A DNA stretch of 33,467 bases, taken from contig DAOWGR010000088.1 in the NCBI GenBank assembly GCA_030637365.1, positions 1-33,467 on the forward strand. Direction: 5' to 3'. The position numbers and the translations under genes were made by a program. The DNA is from Elusimicrobiota bacterium (GTDB taxonomy: Bacteria; Elusimicrobiota; Elusimicrobia; Elusimicrobiales; UBA9959). Below the pieces are notes generated by a model, which had not been told where the DNA came from, ran no database searches, and saw only the letters and a program-made list of their open reading frames with translations. This document shows positions 18,123 to 26,863 of the stretch, piece by piece (position 1 is the stretch's first letter; each line of letters begins with the position of its first letter).

Positions 18123-18962
18123 ATGGCAAATGTTAAAGACATATTTATAAGAATATTGAAAATATTTAGTAGCGCCATCGGCAAATTCTTAAAAATTAAC
18201 GGTTCTCAAAGAGCCGCGGCTTTCGCTTACGCGGCATTCTTTTCTTTTTTTCCATTGATGATTATTCTTGTTACCTTGGCGTCGGTTTTTATTGATCATA
18301 ATATGGCTGCCAACGCGATTATTGAATATATTAAAAAATATATTCCGCTCAGCGGTTCAATGCAGAGTTATATTTTTAGCGCTATGGCGGGCGTGGTCAA
18401 AATTCGCATTCAGGCCGGTTCGCTCATGTTTATTATGTTGGTTTGGATTTCCATACAATTTTTTATTACTTTAATATCAGCGGCTAATCAGGCTTGGGGG
18501 ATTAAGCATCATAATTGGTGGCATAGTCCGTTAAAAAGCGTAATTCTTTTCGGTTTTATGGCGGGAGCTATGTTTTTGGGCATGGCTTTGCCCATGCTAA
18601 TGCGTATGATTAAGGTTTGGCTTTTTCCAACGAGCACATTTATTTCTTGGGTATATCCCGTGGGATTATTTTTTATTCCGTGGCTGATAATGTTCTTAGG
18701 GCTTGGTTTTTTTTATAAGTTCGCGCCGAGGCGGCGCACGAGTATTCAAGAGGTATGGGCCGGAGCTTTGATTTCCACAATCTTTTTGCAAGCGGGGGGG
18801 AATTTGTTTGTATTGTATCTTAAGAATTTTTCTTCGCTGAATGTGGTTTATGGCGCGTTTGGCGGCATAATGGCCCTGCTGTTATGGATTCATCTTTCCG
18901 GGTGTATTATTATTTTTGGAGCTTGTTTCTGCGCCGCGCGGGCGCAAATTAACAATACTTAA
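18123..18962 (+). CDS. YihY/virulence factor BrkB family membrane protein
   Basis: AAAFAYAAFFSFFPL, YKFAP, VYGAFGGIMALLLWI. Confidence 0.88.
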   Translation: MANVKDIFIRILKIFSSAIGKFLKINGSQRAAAFAYAAFFSFFPLMIILVTLASVFIDHNMAANAIIEYIKKYIPLSGSMQSYIFSAMAGVVKIRIQAGSLMFIMLVWISIQFFITLISAANQAWGIKHHNWWHSPLKSVILFGFMAGAMFLGMALPMLMRMIKVWLFPTSTFISWVYPVGLFFIPWLIMFLGLGFFYKFAPRRRTSIQEVWAGALISTIFLQAGGNLFVLYLKNFSSLNVVYGAFGGIMALLLWIHLSGCIIIFGACFCAARAQINNT

Positions 18963-20095
18963 GATTTACGCCTGTCGGAGCGCTCGCGCGTAGCGGGGCG
19001 CGCCACTCCGTTTTCATCAAAAATATGCAGTTTGTCAATGGCAAAAACCAATTTAATCCGGTCGCCGGTTTTAATGGGGAAGTCATGCCTTTGATTGGAT
19101 TGAAACTCAAGTCCTTGAGCTTTGCAATGAAGGGACACATCATTGCCCATGGATTCCGCGAGCTCAATTTCACAATCAATAGCCTCGCTACACAACATGT
19201 CGTTAGGCTTTCTTTCAGCTAAATATATATGTTCGGGCCTTATCCCCAAAGTATAATCGGAACTTTCATCGCTTAAAATATCGGGAAATTTCAAAGGAAG
19301 CGTAAGTGCCGTATTGTTTATCTTAAAAAACAATTGGTCATCCTTTTTTATAATATCGCCCTTAAAAAGATTCATCGGCGGGCTTCCGATAAAAGTGGCT
19401 ACGAATACATTTTTCGGCGAAGAATAAATTTCAGACGGCGCGCCGCATTGCTGAATAATACCGTTGTGAAGCACCACCATTCTGTCGGCCATGGTCATGG
19501 CTTCGCATTGGTCATGAGTTACATAGATTATCGTAGTTTTCAGTTTTTTGTGAAGTTTTGATATTTCAACCCTCATTTGGGTTCTCATTTTGGCGTCCAA
19601 GTTTGACAAGGGTTCGTCAAATAAAAAAACTTTCGGTCTTCTGACTATCGCTCTTCCGACGGCTACGCGCTGTCTTTGTCCGCCGCTTAAATTCTTAGGT
19701 GTTTTGCGCAGAAAATCTTTAATGCCCAGAAGTTCAGCGGCATCATTCACGCGTTTGTCAATTTCTTTTTTATCCGTTTTTCTTATGCTTAAGCCAAAGC
19801 TGATATTTTCATAGACATCCAAATGCGGAAACAGGGCATAGTTTTGAAAAACCATTGAGATGCTTCTGTCTTTCGGCGGAAGGTTTGTGATGTCTTTACC
19901 GTCAATAAACATTTTGCCGCTTGTCGTATTTATCAAGCCCGCGATCATTCTTAGGAGAGTTGATTTGCCGCAGCCGGACGGGCCTACAAAGACCATAAAT
20001 TCACCGGCATTGATTGAAAGATCCAAATCCTTAATTGTGGATTTATCATTATTGGGATAATGTTTTACCACATTTTCTAAAATAACACTTGCCAT
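18959..20095 (-). CDS. Carbohydrate ABC transporter ATPase (MalK/UgpC type)
   Basis: GPSGCGKST, LSGGQRQR, FDEPLSNLD, YVTHDQ, C-terminal TOBE-like region. ATG 20095 has an AGGAGA RBS. Confidence 0.95.
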   Translation of the reverse strand: MASVILENVVKHYPNNDKSTIKDLDLSINAGEFMVFVGPSGCGKSTLLRMIAGLINTTSGKMFIDGKDITNLPPKDRSISMVFQNYALFPHLDVYENISFGLSIRKTDKKEIDKRVNDAAELLGIKDFLRKTPKNLSGGQRQRVAVGRAIVRRPKVFLFDEPLSNLDAKMRTQMRVEISKLHKKLKTTIIYVTHDQCEAMTMADRMVVLHNGIIQQCGAPSEIYSSPKNVFVATFIGSPPMNLFKGDIIKKDDQLFFKINNTALTLPLKFPDILSDESSDYTLGIRPEHIYLAERKPNDMLCSEAIDCEIELAESMGNDVSLHCKAQGLEFQSNQRHDFPIKTGDRIKLVFAIDKLHIFDENGVARPATRERSDRRKS

Positions 20096-20193
20096 ATCAG
20101 TTCTCCTAAATACGCAAAATACTCGCAAAACGCGCTGATAAATATATTCCTGAATTTGCGAACAAAGGTGACATATAATTCCTTCTAATCTTG

Positions 20194-20293
20194 CATCTTA
20201 TTTACATATCTACGCCGTTTATCTTCTGTCCGTATTAACTTATCATCTTATTTACATATCTACGCTGTTTATCTTTTGTCCATATCAACTTAT
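20194..20293. repeat. Two-copy 50-bp tandem direct repeat
   Basis: 20194-20243 and 20244-20293 (catcttatttacatatctacgc...aacttat) differ at 4 positions. Confidence 0.9.
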
Positions 20294-20310
20294 AAACTTG
20301 CTTTTATCTT

Positions 20311-21120
20311 CTATCCTTTTATTCCCGAAGACGCAATGCCTTCTATAAAATATTTCTGAAAGAACACATACGCGATAACCAATGGAATCACCAAAAACAT
20401 TGAGGCCGCCATTTGTATTCCAAGATCTCCTCCCGCCTGTCCTCCCACCGCGAACATTGTTATCATTTGCGGCATTGTCATCATGGTTTGTTCTCTTATA
20501 ATCATCATCGGCCAGAGAACCTCATTCCATGTTCCCATAAATGTTATTATTCCCACCGTTACCATCGCGGGTTTTGAAAGCGGCCAAAAAATCTTAGTCA
20601 AAATTTGCAATTCTCCCGCTCCTTCTATTCTCGCCGCTTCCATCAGATCGCCCGGTATGCTTACAAAGGTCTGACGGAAAATAAGAATTCCCATGCCGCT
20701 TATCATCCACGGAACTATAAGGCCGGGATAAGAATCCACCCATCCGAGTTTAACGATAAGGGTATATAAGGGAATCAGAGTCAATTGGCCGGGAATCATC
20801 ATTGTAAACAGAACTATCATAAAAAGAGTTTCTCTGCCAGTGAATTTGAGCTTCGCGAGAGCGTAGCCGACAAGAGAACTGAAAAAAATAACCGATGCGG
20901 TGGTGGCTCCGGCCACAATAGTACTGTTTAAAAGAGCGCGGCCTATCGGAATTTTTTTAAAAACCGCTATATAATTATGGAATGTGAAATTGGAAGACAA
21001 AAGATTCATGGAAGTAGCTTCAGCGACAGGTTTTAAAGAAGCCGAGGCCATCCATAAAAACGGATAAATGAAACTCACAGCCGCGAAAAGCAATATAAGA
21101 TGAAGAATAAGTTTTTTCAT
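20311..21120 (-). CDS. Carbohydrate ABC transporter permease (MalG-like)
   Basis: EAA loop EAARIEGA, GYALAK, WNEVLWP, FQKYFIEGI. Confidence 0.93.
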   Translation of the reverse strand: MKKLILHLILLFAAVSFIYPFLWMASASLKPVAEATSMNLLSSNFTFHNYIAVFKKIPIGRALLNSTIVAGATTASVIFFSSLVGYALAKLKFTGRETLFMIVLFTMMIPGQLTLIPLYTLIVKLGWVDSYPGLIVPWMISGMGILIFRQTFVSIPGDLMEAARIEGAGELQILTKIFWPLSKPAMVTVGIITFMGTWNEVLWPMMIIREQTMMTMPQMITMFAVGGQAGGDLGIQMAASMFLVIPLVIAYVFFQKYFIEGIASSGIKG

Positions 21121-21332
21121 TGTATTTCCTGTTTTAGTAAATGCTAAATTATAATCATCTATCCTTTAATTTGGCGAATTACCATTTTATCATTCGCTAT
21201 TTCCGTTTCTGTCTTTTTGCCTCTGTTTTTTCCATGGCAAAGCTTTGCTTTGCGGCTACCTTTCATAATTGCTTTTGTGCTTTTTCTTGTTTCTTTCTGC
21301 CATACTGCCGCGCTGTTGCCTGTCGCGCTTAT

Positions 21333-22208
21333 TTAATACTCCGTTTCTTTGCCGAGATATTTTTTCTGCACAAGAACAACCATAAGTATTACAATCGCCA
21401 GAGCAAAACCGATGGTGGCGGCATAGCCCATATGCTGAAACAAGAAAGCGTGTTTGTACATATAAAGCACAACCGACATGGTTTTATCCAGAGGTCCGCC
21501 GCCCGTCATTACATAAGGCTCAATAAAAAGACTGAATGCTCCGAAAGTGGAAAGAACAACCACTAAAAGCATGGTTGGCCGCAAAAGCGGAAGCGTTATG
21601 CGCCAAAAATCCTGCCATCTGCTCGCCCCTTCAATCCGGGATACTTCATAGAGATGACCCGGAATACTAAGCAAGCCGCCAAGAAAAAGGATTATATAAA
21701 AACCCATATTCTTCCAGGTCGCCATGATGGCGATTGCTGGCATGGCGATTTTTGTGCTGGTAAGCCAGCCGACCGGAGATATGCCGATTAAACTCAGAAG
21801 ATGATTAAAAATTCCGGTGTCGGTCGCGTAAAGTTTTTGCCATAAAATTGTTACAACCGCGCCCGAGATTATCACCGGCAAGAAAAAGGCCGCGCGAAAA
21901 AATGTTCTCGCGAATATTTTTTCCGCCAGCACCATGGCTATTATTATTGAAAAAAATATTTGCAGAGGAATATGAATCAAAAGAAAAACGAGCGTGTTTA
22001 AAAGAGCCTGCCAGAATTGCGTGTCATGCAGAAGGAAAATGAAATTATCCAAACCGACAAAGGCGGGAGAAGTCAATAAATCCCATCTGTGAAATATCAG
22101 ATAAAATGAAAAGACTAAAGGATACGCCGTAAAGGCGAGCAAGAAAATTATATACGGAGATATAAAAGCGTAGCCTATGTTTTCGTTTTTTTCTTTACCA
22201 ATAGTCAT
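21333..22208 (-). CDS. Carbohydrate ABC transporter permease (MalF/UgpA-like)
   Basis: FVGLDNF, FFLPVII, LYEVSRIEGA, MTGGGP, MGYAA. Likely start is ATG 22208, overlapping the end of the upstream gene. Confidence 0.93.
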   Translation of the reverse strand: MTIGKEKNENIGYAFISPYIIFLLAFTAYPLVFSFYLIFHRWDLLTSPAFVGLDNFIFLLHDTQFWQALLNTLVFLLIHIPLQIFFSIIIAMVLAEKIFARTFFRAAFFLPVIISGAVVTILWQKLYATDTGIFNHLLSLIGISPVGWLTSTKIAMPAIAIMATWKNMGFYIILFLGGLLSIPGHLYEVSRIEGASRWQDFWRITLPLLRPTMLLVVVLSTFGAFSLFIEPYVMTGGGPLDKTMSVVLYMYKHAFLFQHMGYAATIGFALAIVILMVVLVQKKYLGKETEY

Positions 22209-23451
22209 ATATATTCTGCACATTTTCCGCGGCCATTTTCATTGATTTTTCAGGGCTTATCACTCTGTAAATGGCGGCGGCTTCAAATTGTCTTGAGATT
22301 ATATCCAAAATCTGTATGAGATGCGGCGAGTCGTCCATAGGCACGACGAAATCCGCCTGCCGCGCCGCCTTTTTTAAAAGAGGATTTTTTTTAAAAAAGC
22401 TTTTAAAATACGCGTCATCGGCAATATGGGCTCGCGTCGGAATTTGGCTTGTCAGTTCAAGAAGTTTTAAATCCGCTTTTTTACTTATTAAAAATTTAAT
22501 GAATTTCCATGCTTCGTCGGGATGTTTTGTCGTTGAAAATATCACCATGTTTTTGGGATCGCCATAAGTGTAAACGGGGCCTTTATGATTGTCGGGAACG
22601 GGAATAGGCGCGAAATCAAACTTAAGATTTGGATTAAGCCTCTTATAATATTCTATTATCCATGGCCCCACCATGCTCATTGCCGTCTTGCCGTCAACAA
22701 AAGTATCTCTGGAGAATCCGAGCATTGGAAAATACCGATTTTTAAAACCATCCGCGAAAAATTTCATCGCGGCAATGGCGCCGTCATTATTGAAAATGGC
22801 CTTATCGCCTTCAAGCAGAGTTTTACCGCCCGTTGCCGCCACATAAAACGGATAAAAATCAAAAAGCCTTTGATACCAAACGGTTTTTATGGATACTTTC
22901 ATCGCCCAATGGTCAAGTATGCCGTTTCCGTCTTCATCACTGTTAATGGATTTGGCGACATTAATAAATTCGCTGTAGGTTTTCGGAGGTTTCAATTTGA
23001 GAGATTTAAATATTTCCGTATTATAGGCCAGCATAACCGGATTGGATTTCCACGGGATTTGACAAAGCTTGCCGTTATTTGAGCGAAATTTATCCGTGAG
23101 TTTCGTTCCCGTCCTGTCTACAATAACCTTTTCACTGTCTTTAAATCTGTCCAGACAAACAACCGCTTTTGACTCTATGAATTTTCCCATTATCGCGGGA
23201 AGAATATTGGAGCATATATCGGGAGTGGTTTTTGACATTATTGCCGAAAGAAGTATTTCCTCGCTTGAGCCCGTGGCGGGAATCGGCTGCACTTTTACAT
23301 GAATATCGGGATGAAGCTCATTCCACTCATTTACCAGAATTTTCGCAAGTTTAATTTCTTCGGTATTTGAAGACGACCAATACAAAAGCTCAACCGCCTG
23401 ACAATTGCAAGCCGAAAATAAAAGAAATATTGTAAAAAGGTTTGAAAGCAT
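22195..23451 (-). CDS. Sugar ABC transporter extracellular solute-binding protein (family 1)
   Basis: Signal peptide or possible lipobox (FSAC), WNELHPDI, LAYNTEIF, GKTAMSMVGPW, EAWKFIKFL. Confidence 0.9.
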   Translation of the reverse strand: MLSNLFTIFLLFSACNCQAVELLYWSSSNTEEIKLAKILVNEWNELHPDIHVKVQPIPATGSSEEILLSAIMSKTTPDICSNILPAIMGKFIESKAVVCLDRFKDSEKVIVDRTGTKLTDKFRSNNGKLCQIPWKSNPVMLAYNTEIFKSLKLKPPKTYSEFINVAKSINSDEDGNGILDHWAMKVSIKTVWYQRLFDFYPFYVAATGGKTLLEGDKAIFNNDGAIAAMKFFADGFKNRYFPMLGFSRDTFVDGKTAMSMVGPWIIEYYKRLNPNLKFDFAPIPVPDNHKGPVYTYGDPKNMVIFSTTKHPDEAWKFIKFLISKKADLKLLELTSQIPTRAHIADDAYFKSFFKKNPLLKKAARQADFVVPMDDSPHLIQILDIISRQFEAAAIYRVISPEKSMKMAAENVQNIYDYW

Positions 23452-23508
23452 TCTTAGTATAGTATAATAAATCTCTATTATATATAAAGCGTTTCGGAGG
23501 AAATTTGA

Positions 23509-24495
23509 ATGGAAAATACCATGGAACAGAAAAAAAATTTAAAGGGTAAATATCACGATGAAATATTATTCGCGCGGCATAAGGATAATCCGTTAATTAC
23601 GCCCGATATGTGTCCGTATCCCATTAACACCATTTTTAATCCGGCGGCGGCGGAAGTCAATGGCGAAACCGTTCTTCTGACCCGCGTGGAAGACAAACAC
23701 GGCATTTCCCATTTAACGGTGGCAAGGAGCAAGGACGGAATAAGCGATTGGAAAATTGACAAATCTCCGTCGCTTGAGCCCGAACCTGAAAAATATCCTG
23801 AAGAAGAATTGGGAATTGAAGATCCGAGAATTACTTGGCTTGAGGAATTAAAAGTTTGGGCCATTACTTATACCGCGGTTTCTAAAGACGGGCCTTTGGT
23901 TTCGCTTGCCACGACAAAAGATTTTAAGACATTTAAAAAATTAGGCCCGATATTGCGGCAACATGACAAAGACGCGGCTCTTTTCCCAAAACGCGTCAAT
24001 GGCAGATGGGCCATTATTCATAGGCCGACTCTTTCCCATTTGGTTCCGGCTCATATGTGGATATCTTTTTCGCACGATTTAAAGCATTGGGGAGATTTTC
24101 AGATTATTATGCGTGCAAGGAAAGGAAACGCGTGGGATGGAGCAAAACTTGGAATTTGTCCCGAGCCTCTGGAAACTCCCGATGGATGGCTCATTTTATA
24201 TCACGGCATAAGGAAAACATGCTATGGCTCCATATACAGAATAGGTTTGGCATTGCTTGATTTGGATAAGCCGTGGCAGGTTATTCGCAGAAGCAGAGAC
24301 TGGGTAATGACTCCGCTTGCTCCGTATGAGCTTTTCGGCGATGTCGGCAATGTTATCTTTCCGTGTGGCTGGATTCATGATAAGAAAACGGGAATTGTGA
24401 GTTTATATTACGGCGGAGCCGATACCAGTATAGCGCTTGCCACCGCGCCAATGAAAGAAATTCTCAGCTATATGAAAAATTGCCCCGAAAAATAA
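23509..24495 (+). CDS. GH130 family beta-mannoside phosphorylase/glycosidase
   Basis: IFNPAA, GIEDPRIT, DKDAALFP, IHRP, YHG, GDVGNVIFPCG, YYGGAD. GGAGG RBS. Confidence 0.9.
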   Translation: MENTMEQKKNLKGKYHDEILFARHKDNPLITPDMCPYPINTIFNPAAAEVNGETVLLTRVEDKHGISHLTVARSKDGISDWKIDKSPSLEPEPEKYPEEELGIEDPRITWLEELKVWAITYTAVSKDGPLVSLATTKDFKTFKKLGPILRQHDKDAALFPKRVNGRWAIIHRPTLSHLVPAHMWISFSHDLKHWGDFQIIMRARKGNAWDGAKLGICPEPLETPDGWLILYHGIRKTCYGSIYRIGLALLDLDKPWQVIRRSRDWVMTPLAPYELFGDVGNVIFPCGWIHDKKTGIVSLYYGGADTSIALATAPMKEILSYMKNCPEK

Positions 24496-24550
24496 TGAAC
24501 GGAAAGTAGAATATTGTAGCGGGTGATTTACAAGCCCGTGGTTGCGAAAT

Positions 24551-24587
24551 AAAATCGCGCTCTGATGTATATCGGGGCGCGATTTTT
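24551..24587 (+). terminator. Intrinsic terminator after the GH130 gene
   Basis: Stem aaaatcgcgctctgat / atcggggcgcgatttt ending in a T run. Confidence 0.65.
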
Positions 24588-24673
24588 CAATGGGGAATCA
24601 TTTTATTTGTTTTTTAATATGTTCCCAGCCGCTTTTGGCGGGACAGGCGGAGGTTATGCCTATTGGGCGGCGA

Positions 24674-24802
24674 AATCTAAACACGGAGGGGTAAAAAATA
24701 CACAATGATAAACCCCCCGTAGATTCCATTCCCCGTGTCCCGCATAGCGGGATAATCACGGGAAATAATAGAATCTAAGCACGGAGGGGTAAAAAATACA
24801 CA
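24674..24802. repeat. 31-bp direct repeat pair flanking a 67-bp palindromic spacer
   Basis: aatctaa(a/g)cacggaggggtaaaaaatacaca occurs at 24674-24704 and 24772-24802, with one mismatch. Confidence 0.85.
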
Positions 24803-24826
24803 GGTATTTTTTATAAAATTATATAT

Positions 24827-25561
24827 ATGCCCATATTGATTTGTGAGGATAAAACCATTGAGTATTATTTAACGCCTTCAAAAAGACGCCGAAGCATTAT
24901 TATGCGCGTGGATAGAGACGCTCGCGTGCAAGTGAGCGCGCCGAAATTCGCGACTCTAAATTTTATAGAGGGTTTTCTTAAAGAAAGAGTTGATTGGATT
25001 ATTAAAAGGCGGAATAATTTTAAAAATCTTGATCGTTTGTATCCGGTTAAAGAATTTAAGGCAGGTGAAATGTTTCCGCTTTTTGGCAAAAGTTTGAAAT
25101 TGAATATTGAAAAGAGGTTAAGGCCTGTCGTATGTGAATTGGGCGCTGAAAATATTAATCTTTTTATCGGAGATGGGATTGATTTGAAGTTTAAAGCTAT
25201 GGCTTCGCGCGCGATTATGGATTTTTACAGCGAGCAACTTAAAATAAAAGCGATTGATATTATAGGCAAATATTCAAAATCCCTGGATGTGCATGTCGCT
25301 AAGCTGTCAATCGGCAATCAGAAAAGAATATGGGGCAGTTGTTCAAGGAAAGGAGATATAAGGCTTAATTGGCGTTTGGCCATGATGCCTTTTGCCGTTA
25401 TGGAATATATTGTGGTTCATGAAGTTTGCCATTTAAAAGTTCATGGGCATTGCGCGAAATTTTGGAAAGTGGTTGAGGGCGTTTTGCCCGATTATAAAAA
25501 ACACCGTAAGTGGCTGCGCCTTAACGGCATATCCTTTTTTTTAATTTCAGATTGGGAGTAA
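24827..25561 (+). CDS. YgjP/DUF45 (SprT-like) zinc metallo-hydrolase
   Basis: RIWGSCS, IRLNWRL, YIVVHEVCHL (HExxH), H...FWKVV. Confidence 0.88.
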   Translation: MPILICEDKTIEYYLTPSKRRRSIIMRVDRDARVQVSAPKFATLNFIEGFLKERVDWIIKRRNNFKNLDRLYPVKEFKAGEMFPLFGKSLKLNIEKRLRPVVCELGAENINLFIGDGIDLKFKAMASRAIMDFYSEQLKIKAIDIIGKYSKSLDVHVAKLSIGNQKRIWGSCSRKGDIRLNWRLAMMPFAVMEYIVVHEVCHLKVHGHCAKFWKVVEGVLPDYKKHRKWLRLNGISFFLISDWE

Positions 25562-25644
25562 CAGAGCAATAGGGATAAATTCCAATCTCAAATTACAAAA
25601 TTCAATAAAATCATAAAGTAGAAAGCGGATAAGTAAAGAAAAGC

Positions 25645-26847
25645 CTATGATATTTTATCCACAATTTTGGCTACCACCAGATCGGATGTGACATTTAATG
25701 AAGTCCTGAACATATCTAAAATTCTGTCCACCGCGACAATTAAAGCGATATAGGCAACGGGAAGGCCGATCTGATTTAAGATTACCACCATCATTACCAA
25801 TGAGGCGCTTGGCAGCGCGGCGACGCCGACACTCAGCATTACAACTGTCAGACCCAGCATTAGCTGTTCGCCCAAACCGAGCGGAACTCCGGCAAGATTG
25901 GCAATGTAAAGCACCGCGATTACTAAATAAGCGGCTGTTCCATCCATGGAAATGGTCGCGCCCAAAGGCAGTACAAAACCCGCGCTTCGCTTGCTTACTC
26001 CGCCTTTTTCTTCGGCAACTTTCAATGAAACCGGCAAGGTTGCCGAGCTTGAAGCGGTAGAAAAAGCCATAATTGAAGCGTCCTTAACCTTTGAAAGATA
26101 GCGATAAGGATTGATGTGCCCCAGAATTAGTAATATAAGCGGGAGCGTGATAAAACCGTGCAGTAAAATCACACCGATTACCACCAGCATATAACTCCAG
26201 AGTCCGAGTATAACCTCAATGCCTTCTTTAGCAATTACATATGAGAGCAAACTGAAAACACCGATAGGTGTCAGTTTAATTATCCATTCCGCCAGTTTCA
26301 GCATCGCATTATTAATGCCGGTAAAAAAATCTCTGAGCAAATTTTGATGATGTTCAGTGAGGTACAAAGAAGCTATCGCGAACAGAATGGAAAAAACAAT
26401 CACCTGCATCATTGCGCCTTGCGTCAATGACGCGAATACATTGGTCGGGACAAAACTCAAGAGCATTCCTTCAAACGAGAAAGGTTTCATGGACTGGGCA
26501 ATGGCAAAACTCAGTCCGTCCGCAGACACCTTTTGTCCGATTTTTATCATATTCATGGCAAAAATGGCTAAAGCCGCGGATAATGCCGTTGTCATCAGAT
26601 AGAGCGTGATTGTTTTCAAACCTATGTTTTTCAATTGTTTAAGTGAACCTAATCCCGATATGGCGATAAAAATACTCGCGAAGACCAAAGGAACAACCAG
26701 CATTTTTAATAGCGCGATAAAAATCTGTCCGATAACTCTTTGCTTGATGGCCAATTCCGGCATTAGTAATCCAAAAATTATTCCAAGGAATATGCCCAGC
26801 ACAACAAGGTTATTGGTGTTCGTAAATTTTTTTAATCTCTTTCTCAT
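25645..26847 (-). CDS. Dicarboxylate/amino acid:cation symporter (DAACS, GltP-like)
   Basis: AFSTASSSATLP, LPLGATISMDG, VDRILDMFRTSLNV. Confidence 0.93.
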   Translation of the reverse strand: MRKRLKKFTNTNNLVVLGIFLGIIFGLLMPELAIKQRVIGQIFIALLKMLVVPLVFASIFIAISGLGSLKQLKNIGLKTITLYLMTTALSAALAIFAMNMIKIGQKVSADGLSFAIAQSMKPFSFEGMLLSFVPTNVFASLTQGAMMQVIVFSILFAIASLYLTEHHQNLLRDFFTGINNAMLKLAEWIIKLTPIGVFSLLSYVIAKEGIEVILGLWSYMLVVIGVILLHGFITLPLILLILGHINPYRYLSKVKDASIMAFSTASSSATLPVSLKVAEEKGGVSKRSAGFVLPLGATISMDGTAAYLVIAVLYIANLAGVPLGLGEQLMLGLTVVMLSVGVAALPSASLVMMVVILNQIGLPVAYIALIVAVDRILDMFRTSLNVTSDLVVAKIVDKIS

Positions 26848-26863
26848 TGAAGTAATTCTCCAT

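Noticed and set aside
20194-20293. DGR template/variable repeat pair
   Set aside because: The copies are adjacent and non-coding, the mismatches are not adenine-specific in one direction, and no reverse transcriptase is present.
21141-21566. 141-aa plus-strand ORF
   Set aside because: Antisense to the ABC operon; its Phe/Cys-rich composition reflects a T-rich spacer.
24674-24802. Mini-CRISPR array
   Set aside because: Only two repeats, a 67-bp spacer that is itself palindromic, and no cas genes in the window.
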